Assembly: GCA_964589935.1 (NCBI GenBank)
Contig: CAZPVD010000009.1
Location: 88,969-152,968, forward strand
Length of the DNA: 64,000 nucleotides
Direction: 5' to 3'
Source of the DNA: an uncultured Verrucomicrobiota bacterium
GTDB taxonomy: Bacteria; Verrucomicrobiota; Verrucomicrobiia; Limisphaerales; VHCN01
The position numbers and the translations under genes are program-made. Under the pieces are notes generated by a model that saw only the letters and a program-made list of their open reading frames with translations, made no database searches and was not told the DNA's origin. Positions within the stretch are counted from its first letter, which is position 1. Each line of letters opens with the position of its first letter. Shown one piece after another: positions 9,096 to 17,693 of this stretch.

Positions 9096-11102
9096 ATGAA
9101 CCTCATCAGCAAATCGTGCCCCTCTCTGTCCGCAACCGCACAACGGAACGGCGGCCTCGCGCTCCTCATCGCAACAGCCATCACGGGACTAACTCATTTT
9201 GCGGAGGCACACGTCATCGGCGACGCCGCACATGATGGCCGCGAAGCATCTTATGACTTCAACGTGCGCCCGCCGACGCGGGTTCTTCTGCGCGCTCCCG
9301 CCGATGGTTCGGTGATTCTTGCCCGAAGCAACGATTCCGATGATGACGGGCGTTCCGCAGGCGCGTGTGGCGCTCCTGCGATCAAGGCCGATGTGATGGC
9401 AAAGGCGTTTGCCGCATTCGCGCCGCGCGTGAAGACGCACTACGACGAAAGGTATCTCTTTGTCGAATCCGACGGCTTGCCCACGCACAACATGATGGTG
9501 GGCATCCGCAACTGGCAGCAGCAGGTGCCGCTGCCGCAGGCGTATCGCGGTGGGAACGCCTTTCGCCTTCCGCTTGAGCCGGTGCTCGCGGCGAACCCCG
9601 TGTTGGCGCGGAACAACCTTTTCCGCGGCGCGATTGCGCTGGCCGTGAACGGTGTGCCGATTTTCAACGCGCTCAATAATCGTGGCGAGGATTCGTTCAA
9701 GATCGGCGAACTCGACCAGTGGGGCGGCCACTGCGGGCGCGCGGACGATTATCATTATCACGCTGCGCCGCTCCACTTGCAGGAAGCGGCCGGCGCAGGG
9801 CGGCCCATCGCGTTTGCGCTCGACGGTTTTCCGATTTACGGGCTGACCGAGCCGGACGGCGCGCCGGTCGCGAAACTCGACGAACTCAACGGCCACTTCG
9901 ATAAAATCGGAAACTATCACTACCACGGCACGAAGGAATATCCCTATATCAACGGCGGCCTGCGCGGCGAAGTCACCGTGCGCGACGGTCAGGTGGACCC
10001 GCAGCCGCATGCACAGCCGGTTCGCGCGGCGGGCCAACCGTTGCGCGGCGCGGTCATCACAGATTTTTCCTCACCGTCACCGGACCGGCATCGCCTCATC
10101 TACGCGCTGAACGGGCGGACGCACACGATTGATTACGCTGTGGCGGACGGAGCAGTTTCGTTCGCATTCGACGGCGGCGCGGGCCAGACGTTTGCGCAAA
10201 ACACAGAGCAGCGAAGCACGGAGCGGCCGCTCGACCCGTTGTATGTCCGGCCGCAATTTGCCGCGGCAACGGCGGGCACGAATCAGGTTTCCATCACCGT
10301 CGAGGGGGAGTTTCGCGTGATTCGAGCGAACGGTTTGCCCGATCACGTGACGGGCCAGTTCCCCGGACGCAACAACCCGAACCGCATTTCGGCGCAGAGC
10401 TACGACTTCCGTGTGCCACTCAAGCCGCAAGTCGCTGCGAAAACGACCGCGCTCGGAATGTATCCGTTCGGCGTGGCGGTCAACGGCGTGGTGTTCGACC
10501 CCGGCGCGGCGGAGTGGTGGCGCGGCGACCGCGACTGGCAATACGAGCCGCTCTTTCTCGAAGGCAGACTCGGCGCGGACCAGAGCAACGCGCACGTCCA
10601 GCCGACCGGTGCGTATCACTATCATGCCATCCCGACGGCGTTGCTTGACAGGCTCACCGGCGGCAGGCCCATGCCCGCGCTCCTCGGCTGGGCGGCGGAC
10701 GGCTTTCCGATTTACTGCCCGTGGGATTACAGCGACGCGAAGAGCACGAACAGCGTGCTGAAGAAAATGAAATCATCCTACCGCGTGAAACAGGGCGTGC
10801 GATCCGGCGGCCCCGGCGGAAAATACGACGGCACGTTCCTCGCCGATTTTCAATACGTCGCCGGCTCGGGCGATCTCGACGAATGCAACGGCCGTTTCGG
10901 CATCACACGCGAATTTCCCGAAGGCACGTATCATTACATTCTGACCGAGGACTGGCCGTTCATCCCGCGGTTGTTTCGGGGCACGCCGAGTTCGAGCTTC
11001 TTCCGCCACGGTCCGCCGGGCGGACAGCGTTTCGGCGGGCCGGGTGGACCCAAAGGCCCGCCGTCGAAGGGGTTTCCACCGCCGCGTCCGTTCAATCCGT
11101 GA
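9096..11102 (+). CDS. Secreted protein with three to four YHYH repeats (PF14240-like) and a Pro/Gly-rich C-terminal tail
   Basis: DYHYHAAP, NYHYHGTKEYPY, AYHYHAIP, GTYHYILTED. Signal/anchor MNLISKSCPSLSATAQRNGGLALLIATAITGL. Tail GPPGGQRFGGPGGPKGPPSKGFPPPRPFNP. The start was moved from the 8856 ORF start to an internal ATG because the upstream part overlaps the RR gene. Confidence 0.7.
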   Translation: MNLISKSCPSLSATAQRNGGLALLIATAITGLTHFAEAHVIGDAAHDGREASYDFNVRPPTRVLLRAPADGSVILARSNDSDDDGRSAGACGAPAIKADVMAKAFAAFAPRVKTHYDERYLFVESDGLPTHNMMVGIRNWQQQVPLPQAYRGGNAFRLPLEPVLAANPVLARNNLFRGAIALAVNGVPIFNALNNRGEDSFKIGELDQWGGHCGRADDYHYHAAPLHLQEAAGAGRPIAFALDGFPIYGLTEPDGAPVAKLDELNGHFDKIGNYHYHGTKEYPYINGGLRGEVTVRDGQVDPQPHAQPVRAAGQPLRGAVITDFSSPSPDRHRLIYALNGRTHTIDYAVADGAVSFAFDGGAGQTFAQNTEQRSTERPLDPLYVRPQFAAATAGTNQVSITVEGEFRVIRANGLPDHVTGQFPGRNNPNRISAQSYDFRVPLKPQVAAKTTALGMYPFGVAVNGVVFDPGAAEWWRGDRDWQYEPLFLEGRLGADQSNAHVQPTGAYHYHAIPTALLDRLTGGRPMPALLGWAADGFPIYCPWDYSDAKSTNSVLKKMKSSYRVKQGVRSGGPGGKYDGTFLADFQYVAGSGDLDECNGRFGITREFPEGTYHYILTEDWPFIPRLFRGTPSSSFFRHGPPGGQRFGGPGGPKGPPSKGFPPPRPFNP

Positions 11103-11232
11103 GGTCGCGGCTCGTCTGACTTCGGCGAAACAAATCGAACCTTGCCCGTTCACCAGGAGCGGGAGTAAATGTGCCGCGACGCGCGTAGAGCCGCGCACTG
11201 TGGAAAGGCGTTCACGCGGGATATGATGGGTT

Positions 11233-12864
11233 ATGGACGACGTGACTCTTCCGAGAGATCCGAATCAGCCGCAGGCCGCGCCTGCGGTTCCCGTTGCGGG
11301 CGCGACTCCCGATAGTGCTGGCGGCGAGGGGAGGTCCGGCACGTTTGGGCGCGACCTTTCCGGCGCGACGCTTGGAGATTACCGGCTCGTGCGGAAAATT
11401 GCCGAGGGTGGGATGGGCGAAGTTTATGAGGCCATTCAACTCAACCTCGACCGGCGGGTCGCGTTGAAGCTCGTCACCGACCGCTTTGCGTCGCAGTCGC
11501 AGTTTCTCGTCCGCTTCGAGCGCGAGGCCAAGGCCGCGGCGGCGCTGAACCATCCGAACATCGTCCAGGTTTATGACTTCGGGAAGGCGGAGGGACTGTT
11601 CTACCTCGTGATGGAATTCGTGGACGGCGTGGATTTGGCCGAATACGTGAAGGGCCGCGGAAAACTTTCCGTCACCGAGGCGCTGGGGTTTATCGAGCAG
11701 GCGGCCCGTGGCCTGAACGCAGCCGCCGCGCAGGCGATCATCCATCGCGACGTCAAGCCCGCGAATCTCCTGCTCACCAACGACGGCATCGTCAAGGTGT
11801 CCGACCTTGGTCTTGCGAAAAAGCTCACCGACGAGTCCGAAGTGACGATGACGAGTGCCTGTCTGGGTTCGCCGCACTTCCTTGCGCCCGAGCAGGCCGC
11901 CGACGCGCGCCGCGTGGATCATCGCGCCGACATTTATTCGCTGGGCATCACGCTGTTGTTTCTGCTCACGGGCAAACATCCGTTCGACGGCGGTTCGGCC
12001 CTCACTGTGCTGCTCGCGCACGCGCAGAAGCCGCTGCCGACGGGCGCGGAACTCGGCGTGGCTTTGCCGGACGCGGTCGAATCGCTGATCCGCCGAATGT
12101 CGGCGAAAAATCCAGAAGATCGCTATCAGGATTACGCCTCGCTGTTCGCCGACGTGGCGCGCGTGAAAGCGGGCTTTGAGCCTGCCGAGAAGTTCGCGGC
12201 GACACCCGCTGCAAATCAGCGCCGCCACAAGTTGAAAGTGGCGCTTGCTTCGGTCGCAGGTGTCGCCGTCGCGGGAGCGTTGATTTCGATGTTCTGGCCG
12301 AAACCGCCGCTGCCGGCAAACCAGCCACAGCAATCCGCGCCGGTTGATCGTCGATTTGATGGAGGGCAGCCATTCGGGAGGCGTCCGGGCCCGGATCAAT
12401 TCGATGACCCACCCGGTTTTCAGGGCGGCAAGGAAGGGCCACCGGGACGCAGGCCGATGCGCCTGCCGTTTCCGCCGCCGCCGCAGAAGGAATTCAACCC
12501 GCTTCCCGACGGGCCGATTCCGGCCATGATTGCGATGGCCGACCGATACGCCGCGACGAACGCGCAGGAGTGCGTCAAAATCATTGACCGCTACTTTCAA
12601 ATCCAGCACAAGGCCGCGGGCACACAGTGGGAGGAGGAGATTGACAGGAAGCTGTCGCTCGCGATCGAAGCGCACAAAAAAGCGACGCAAGAGATCATCA
12701 ACAACCTGCAAGCCCGCATGACGAGATTCCTGCGCGAAAACAAGCCGCAAGATGCCTTCGATGTCTGGCGGGAATTCCCGACACGTCTGCGGACACCTGA
12801 AGCCGACCAGCAGATCGGGCAAATCCTCCAGCGCGAGCTGCCTCCAGAGTTCCAGCCGAATTAG
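11233..12864 (+). CDS. Eukaryotic-type Ser/Thr protein kinase with a single TM and a periplasmic Pro-rich/helical tail
   Basis: GxGxxG-like loop (EGGMGEVYEA), VALK, HRDVKPANLL, DLG, APE motifs. TM VALASVAGVAVAGALISMFW. Then RRFDGGQPFGRRPGPDQFDDPPGF... Confidence 0.88.
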   Translation: MDDVTLPRDPNQPQAAPAVPVAGATPDSAGGEGRSGTFGRDLSGATLGDYRLVRKIAEGGMGEVYEAIQLNLDRRVALKLVTDRFASQSQFLVRFEREAKAAAALNHPNIVQVYDFGKAEGLFYLVMEFVDGVDLAEYVKGRGKLSVTEALGFIEQAARGLNAAAAQAIIHRDVKPANLLLTNDGIVKVSDLGLAKKLTDESEVTMTSACLGSPHFLAPEQAADARRVDHRADIYSLGITLLFLLTGKHPFDGGSALTVLLAHAQKPLPTGAELGVALPDAVESLIRRMSAKNPEDRYQDYASLFADVARVKAGFEPAEKFAATPAANQRRHKLKVALASVAGVAVAGALISMFWPKPPLPANQPQQSAPVDRRFDGGQPFGRRPGPDQFDDPPGFQGGKEGPPGRRPMRLPFPPPPQKEFNPLPDGPIPAMIAMADRYAATNAQECVKIIDRYFQIQHKAAGTQWEEEIDRKLSLAIEAHKKATQEIINNLQARMTRFLRENKPQDAFDVWREFPTRLRTPEADQQIGQILQRELPPEFQPN

Positions 12865-12896
12865 CGGATTGACCCACGGAGCGCCTGCCTGCTGGC

Positions 12897-13676
12897 TTAC
12901 TTGAGTGACTTCGGCGGTTTTATGGATGGAGGCGGCTCCTTTGCTTTTGCCTGCGCGGCCGTCCATCGCGATTCCCAATCTGCCCACGATGAAGCCCACG
13001 CTTCACCAGCGAAATTTTTCCTCGCCGTCGGAAGGAGTTCTTCGAACGCCTTAAGTTCGTGCTGAGAAGTTTTCTTGTCGCCCCACTTCAGCGCGGATTC
13101 GAGGAGGTTCAGCCGGTTCTCAGGAAAATCCGGCGCGACTTCGACAGCCTTCGTCAAATACATGCGGGCCTTGCTTCTGCTGCCGACGCTCGCGGGCCAG
13201 CCGGGCGCGTCGCGATAGAGCAGGCCGAGGCAGCGATCCGGGCCGGCGTGATCAAAGGCGGCGTCGAGTTCGCGCGTGAGTTTGAACTGCCGCTCCATGT
13301 CATCCACGAGCGGCAGAGCGCCAAGCATCTTGGTGCGCGCGAGCTGGCCAAGATTCATTGCTAGATAATAGTGTCCGGCAGCGAGTTTCGGCTCACGGGT
13401 AAGGAGCGGACGGCACGCGCCGATGCCCTCGACCGCGAGCGTGGCGCGCTGCGTGTCGTTGGCCGCGAATTCCGCCCGGTCGAAGCACGCTCGTCCAAAC
13501 TGCCACGCAGCCTCGGCGTTGTTCGTGTCCGCGAGAAAGCGCACGCGCGCCTGCTGGTAGCTTTTTTCGGCAAAGGCGATGAATTGAGCCGGGCCGGCGG
13601 GCGTCTGGGTTTGCGCCTGAATTGCAGCAACACCCGCCGCGAGCATGGCCGCGGCCAGCACGCAAAACCGCCTCAT
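12897..13676 (-). CDS. Secreted TPR-like repeat protein
   Basis: Signal peptide MRRFCVLAAAMLAAGVAAIQA. Helical repeat composition (AEAAWQFGRACFDRAEF; HYYLAMNLGQLA). No enzymatic motifs. Confidence 0.55.
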   Translation of the reverse strand: MRRFCVLAAAMLAAGVAAIQAQTQTPAGPAQFIAFAEKSYQQARVRFLADTNNAEAAWQFGRACFDRAEFAANDTQRATLAVEGIGACRPLLTREPKLAAGHYYLAMNLGQLARTKMLGALPLVDDMERQFKLTRELDAAFDHAGPDRCLGLLYRDAPGWPASVGSRSKARMYLTKAVEVAPDFPENRLNLLESALKWGDKKTSQHELKAFEELLPTARKNFAGEAWASSWADWESRWTAAQAKAKEPPPSIKPPKSLK

Positions 13677-13727
13677 TGGCGGGGAATTATGTGTTGCCAT
13701 GAGATTGTTCATCCCTATAGTGGCCAA

Positions 13728-13931
13728 GTGCGATTGAATCGGTTACAAGTTTTGCTGGCAATCCTCGTGTTCGCCCTCGTGGCGGGGACGGGTTGCGGCG
13801 GCTTTAGCACAAGTCAGTCCGTGTCTCCGGCGATGTTCTTTATACCGGGCCTGCGGATTCAAAACGTCCCCCGTCCACCCGCCCCGATCACACCCGTATC
13901 CGCCCCCGCAGGCGAACCGGTTCAGTCCTGA
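13728..13931 (+). CDS. Possible small secreted/lipoprotein ORF (about 67 aa) immediately upstream of hpnH
   Basis: Candidate GTG start. Hydrophobic N-terminus LQVLLAILVFALVAGTGC followed by a Pro-rich tail. Part of the 13371..13931 track ORF. Weak evidence; coding potential not verified. Confidence 0.25.
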   Translation: MRLNRLQVLLAILVFALVAGTGCGGFSTSQSVSPAMFFIPGLRIQNVPRPPAPITPVSAPAGEPVQS

Positions 13932-13945
13932 TTCAACTTTCAACT

Positions 13946-15373
13946 ATGCGCTTCCCCCTTGCGCTGACGGTCAAAATCGCCCGTCACATCATCAAACACA
14001 AACTTCGCAAGACGCCGAAGTTTGCCATGGTTTTGCAGCTCGAACCGTTGCACACGTGCAACCTAACCTGCACCGGCTGCGGACGCATCCGCGAATACTC
14101 CACTTCGCTCAAGGACATGGTGCCGTTGGAGCAGTGCCTCGCCGCCGCGCAGGATTGCGATGCGCCGATGGTCTCGATTTGCGGCGGTGAGCCGCTGATT
14201 TATCCGAAGATTGAGGAGCTGGTCGCCGGGCTGCGCGAGCAGGGCCGCATTATTTACATCTGCACGAACGCAATGTTCATGCGGAAGAAGATGCGCGACT
14301 ACATGGCCGCCGTCTTCACGCCGGAGATGGAAGCGAAGCTCCAGCAGCTCGTCGCCGAGAAGCTCGTCACCGAGAAAGAAGCCGAGGCCATCCGCAACGC
14401 CGATGCCGCCGCGAAGGCGAAAGTCGTCATCAAGCCCAGCAAGTGGATGTATTGGAATGTCCATGTGGACGGCTTGGAATACACGCACGACCTCATCGTC
14501 GAGCGCGAGGGCGTCTTCAAGGAATGCGTCGCCGCCATCAAGATGGCGAAGATTCTCGGTTACCAGACTGCGACGAACACGACCGTTTACAAGGAGACCG
14601 ACGTGCAGGAGATCGAGGACATGTTCAAGTTCCTCTCCTCGCTCGACGTGGACGGCCACACGATTTCCCCCGGCTACGACTACGACGCCGCGAAGAAGGA
14701 CATGGTCAAGCGCCTCGGTCGCGACCCGAAGGAATTCTTCCTCACGCGCGACATGACGCGCGCGAAGTTTAAGGACATCGAGAAGTGGGGCAAGGCATTC
14801 ACCATCTTCGGCACGCCGGTTTATCAGGAGTTCCTCGCCGGCAAACGCGAGCTGACCTGCACCGCGTGGGCCATCCCGACTTACAACGTGAAGGGCTGGA
14901 AAGCGCCGTGCTATCTGATGACCGACGGCCATTACCCGACCTACGCCGAGATGCTCGGCACCGTGAAGTGGGAGAAATACGGCGTGGTGGACGGCATCGC
15001 GCGCGACTCGCGCTGCGAGCATTGCATGGTCCATTGCGGCTACGATCCCAGCGGGGCGTTGAGCACCAAGCCGCGCGACACGTGGATCAACATGAAATAC
15101 AACTTTGGCGCGAAGCCGAAGCCGTATGCCGCCAGCGCCGACTTGGAGAAACGCGCGTTCAACGGCGTGACCATCGGCAAAGGCCACCTCGCCGAGGCCA
15201 AGGCTGCCATCAACCCCGCCGCCAGCGCGCGCGGTGCCTTTTCCCGCAAGGAAGAAGAACACGACCACGCTCCCGCCACAGGCGGCTCGTGCGGCTCTGG
15301 TGACACTTCCCAACGCGACGATTTGATCGCGAAAATTCGTGACGCGAAGAAGATTGAAGTGAAGGCCGAGTAG
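13946..15373 (+). CDS. hpnH: Adenosylhopane synthase, radical SAM (HpnH), with an internal insertion and C-terminal extension
   Basis: CNLTCTGCGRI radical-SAM motif. N-terminus (KFAMVLQLEPLHTCNL...PMVSICGGEPL...YICTNA) closely matches remembered HpnH sequences. At 475 aa it is about 90 aa longer than typical HpnH. Confidence 0.75.
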   Translation: MRFPLALTVKIARHIIKHKLRKTPKFAMVLQLEPLHTCNLTCTGCGRIREYSTSLKDMVPLEQCLAAAQDCDAPMVSICGGEPLIYPKIEELVAGLREQGRIIYICTNAMFMRKKMRDYMAAVFTPEMEAKLQQLVAEKLVTEKEAEAIRNADAAAKAKVVIKPSKWMYWNVHVDGLEYTHDLIVEREGVFKECVAAIKMAKILGYQTATNTTVYKETDVQEIEDMFKFLSSLDVDGHTISPGYDYDAAKKDMVKRLGRDPKEFFLTRDMTRAKFKDIEKWGKAFTIFGTPVYQEFLAGKRELTCTAWAIPTYNVKGWKAPCYLMTDGHYPTYAEMLGTVKWEKYGVVDGIARDSRCEHCMVHCGYDPSGALSTKPRDTWINMKYNFGAKPKPYAASADLEKRAFNGVTIGKGHLAEAKAAINPAASARGAFSRKEEEHDHAPATGGSCGSGDTSQRDDLIAKIRDAKKIEVKAE

Positions 15374-15407
15374 TCAACCTTCACGACGCGGTTTCCCCAA
15401 ACGAGCA

Positions 15408-16883
15408 ATGAGCAAAACACTGTTTCTTTCACCGCCGTCCTTCGACGGATTCGATGGCGGCGCTGGCGCGCGCTATCAGGCCCGGCGCGAAGTCACGAGC
15501 TACTGGTATCCGACCTGGCTCGCGCAACCCGCCGCCCTCGTGCCCGGCAGCAAACTCCTCGATTGCCCGCCGCACCACATTGACATGCCGCAGTGCCTCG
15601 CCATCGCGAAGGACTTCGACCACGTCATCATCAACACCAGCACGCCGTCGCTGAAAAACGACTGCAAGGTCGCCGAGGCCATCAAGCAGCAGAAGCCCGC
15701 CACCAAGATCGGCTTCGTCGGCGCGCACACGATGGTGCTGCCCGCCGAGACGCTCAAGGCCTCGTGGGCGATTGACTGGGTCGGCCGCAAGGAGTTCGAC
15801 TTCACCTGCAAGGAGGTCGCCGAGGGCCGTGACCTCGCGACCATTGCCGGCCTTTCCTACAAGGACGCCGACGGCAAGATCAAACACAACCCCGAGCGCG
15901 AGATGATCGCGAACATGGACACGCTTCCGTGGGTTGCCGACGTTTACAAGCGCGACCTACAGATCGAGAAGTATTTCATCGGCTACCTCCAGCATCCCTA
16001 CGTGAGCATGTATACGGGGCGCGGCTGTCCGGCGCAGTGCAGCTTCTGCCTCTGGCCGCAGACCATCGGCGGGCACAAATATCGCGTCCGCTCCGCCGAC
16101 AACGTCGCCGCCGAGATGGCCTACATGAAGAAAATCTTCCCGCAGGTGAAGGAATTCTTCTTCGATGACGACACCTTCACCGCGAACCTCCCGCGCGCCC
16201 GCGAGATCGCGAAGAAACTCGGTCCGCTCGGCGTGAACTGGAGCTGCAACAGCCGCGCCAACCTCGACTACGACACCATCAAGAGTTTCAAGGACAACGG
16301 CCTGCGCCTCTTTCTCGTCGGCTACGAGAGCGGCAACGACGAGACCCTCACGCGCATCAAGAAGGGCGTCACCACCGCCGAGATGCGCCGCTTCACCAAG
16401 GACTGCCACAAGGCCGGCGTCGTCATCCACGGCACCTTCATCCTCGGCCTGCCTGTTGAGACGCGCGAGACCATCGAGCAGACCATCCGCTTCGCGCAGG
16501 AGCTGGACGTCTTCTCCCTGCAGGTCAGCCTCGCCGCGCCGTATCCGGGCACGGAACTTTACGACCAGGCCAAGATGAATGGCTGGTTCACCAAGAAGGA
16601 CAAGACCGACCTCGTCGAGGGCGACGGCTTCCAGCAGAGCACGCTCGAATATCCCGGCCTGAACAAGGACGAGATTTTCGCGTCACTCGAGGAGTTCTAC
16701 CACCGCTACTACTTCAACAAGTTCGGCAGGCTCCTCATCCCGCGCGGCCCCTCGTGGCGCATCTTCAAGTCCATGCTCCAAGACAAGGATGTCTTCGTGC
16801 GCCGCTGCCGCGAAGGCTTTGAGTTCTTCAAGAGCCTGCGCCAGCGCAACGACGACCTCGCCGCGCAAAAAGCCGCCGCGTAA
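15408..16883 (+). CDS. hpnJ: B12-binding radical SAM protein, hopanoid-associated (HpnJ-like)
   Basis: N-terminal B12-binding region (LFLSPPSFDGFDGGAGARYQARREVTSYWYPTWLAQPAA). Radical SAM YTGRGCPAQCSFCLWPQ. Sits immediately downstream of hpnH. Symbol assigned from context plus remembered similarity. Confidence 0.6.
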   Translation: MSKTLFLSPPSFDGFDGGAGARYQARREVTSYWYPTWLAQPAALVPGSKLLDCPPHHIDMPQCLAIAKDFDHVIINTSTPSLKNDCKVAEAIKQQKPATKIGFVGAHTMVLPAETLKASWAIDWVGRKEFDFTCKEVAEGRDLATIAGLSYKDADGKIKHNPEREMIANMDTLPWVADVYKRDLQIEKYFIGYLQHPYVSMYTGRGCPAQCSFCLWPQTIGGHKYRVRSADNVAAEMAYMKKIFPQVKEFFFDDDTFTANLPRAREIAKKLGPLGVNWSCNSRANLDYDTIKSFKDNGLRLFLVGYESGNDETLTRIKKGVTTAEMRRFTKDCHKAGVVIHGTFILGLPVETRETIEQTIRFAQELDVFSLQVSLAAPYPGTELYDQAKMNGWFTKKDKTDLVEGDGFQQSTLEYPGLNKDEIFASLEEFYHRYYFNKFGRLLIPRGPSWRIFKSMLQDKDVFVRRCREGFEFFKSLRQRNDDLAAQKAAA

Positions 16884-16884
16884 T

Positions 16885-17643
16885 TCACCACACGCCGAGT
16901 TCAGTCAACTGGCGCGTCGCGGTGCCGGTCCAGTCGCGGTTCGCCGCAGGGCTGGCCGGGCTTGGATGTAAAATCCTCCCGAAGCGGACATCCGCGCCGT
17001 TCAGCGCGAGCCGCGCGCGTTTCTCGGCAAAATCCCCCACGCCAATCAGCCATTGCGGTTTCAGCGCGGCGACGACGGCGCGCAGGTGTTCATCGCAGGC
17101 AGCGAAGAGGCGCGTGGATTCATTGGAGGCGAATTTGTCCGGCGTGAGGTTGCGCCCGCCTTCATCCGTGAAGGCAAGCGGGCAGAAGTTAGCAACGTAG
17201 TGTCCGGCGAAGAATTTCTCCGGCGAGCCGAAGCGCTGCGCGAACAGTCCCCACAGGCGGCGCCCGCTGACCTCCGAGCGCGTGCAGGAGAAGCCCTCGA
17301 CGGGGCGCTTGGGATGCGTGTGTTTTGGTGATGCGACGAGCGTGTAAATGCCCATCCAGTCGCGCACAGCGGCGACCTCGCCGAAGGGCACGCCGGTCTG
17401 CGCCATGCCGAACGGGCCGGGATTCATGCCGAGAAAGACGACGCGTTTGCGCGTGCCGCCAAACTTGCGCAGATACTGCTCGTGCGCGGCCCACGCGTAG
17501 TCGAGCGGGTTGTAGATGCACGCGACGGGCAGCGCGAACTTCAGTTCGTTCACCGTCTTGGACAGGTGCTTCGCGGCGCGCAGCAGCGCTTCGGTCGGGT
17601 CGCTCATTCGCGAAAGCGTAGCGGCGTGGAAGGCTGGCGTCAC
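16885..17643 (-). CDS. SMUG1-family uracil-DNA glycosylase (UDG family 3)
   Basis: GMNPGPFGMAQTGVPFG motif is characteristic of SMUG-type UDG. C-terminal HPSPASP-like motif region. Start may be the internal MSDPTE (17607). Confidence 0.7.
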   Translation of the reverse strand: MTPAFHAATLSRMSDPTEALLRAAKHLSKTVNELKFALPVACIYNPLDYAWAAHEQYLRKFGGTRKRVVFLGMNPGPFGMAQTGVPFGEVAAVRDWMGIYTLVASPKHTHPKRPVEGFSCTRSEVSGRRLWGLFAQRFGSPEKFFAGHYVANFCPLAFTDEGGRNLTPDKFASNESTRLFAACDEHLRAVVAALKPQWLIGVGDFAEKRARLALNGADVRFGRILHPSPASPAANRDWTGTATRQLTELGVW

Positions 17644-17693
17644 GCCTCACGCTGTTTCTTTCATCGCGCCGGTTTTGTGCTTAGGATGCGCGC

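Noticed and set aside
11212-12999. 595-aa minus-strand ORF covering the Ser/Thr kinase locus
   Set aside because: Low-complexity R/L/G-rich translation. The opposite strand encodes a kinase with all catalytic motifs.
14063-15313. 416-aa minus-strand ORF antisense to hpnH
   Set aside because: Antisense shadow of a radical SAM gene with a clear CxxxCxxC motif. No domain signatures.
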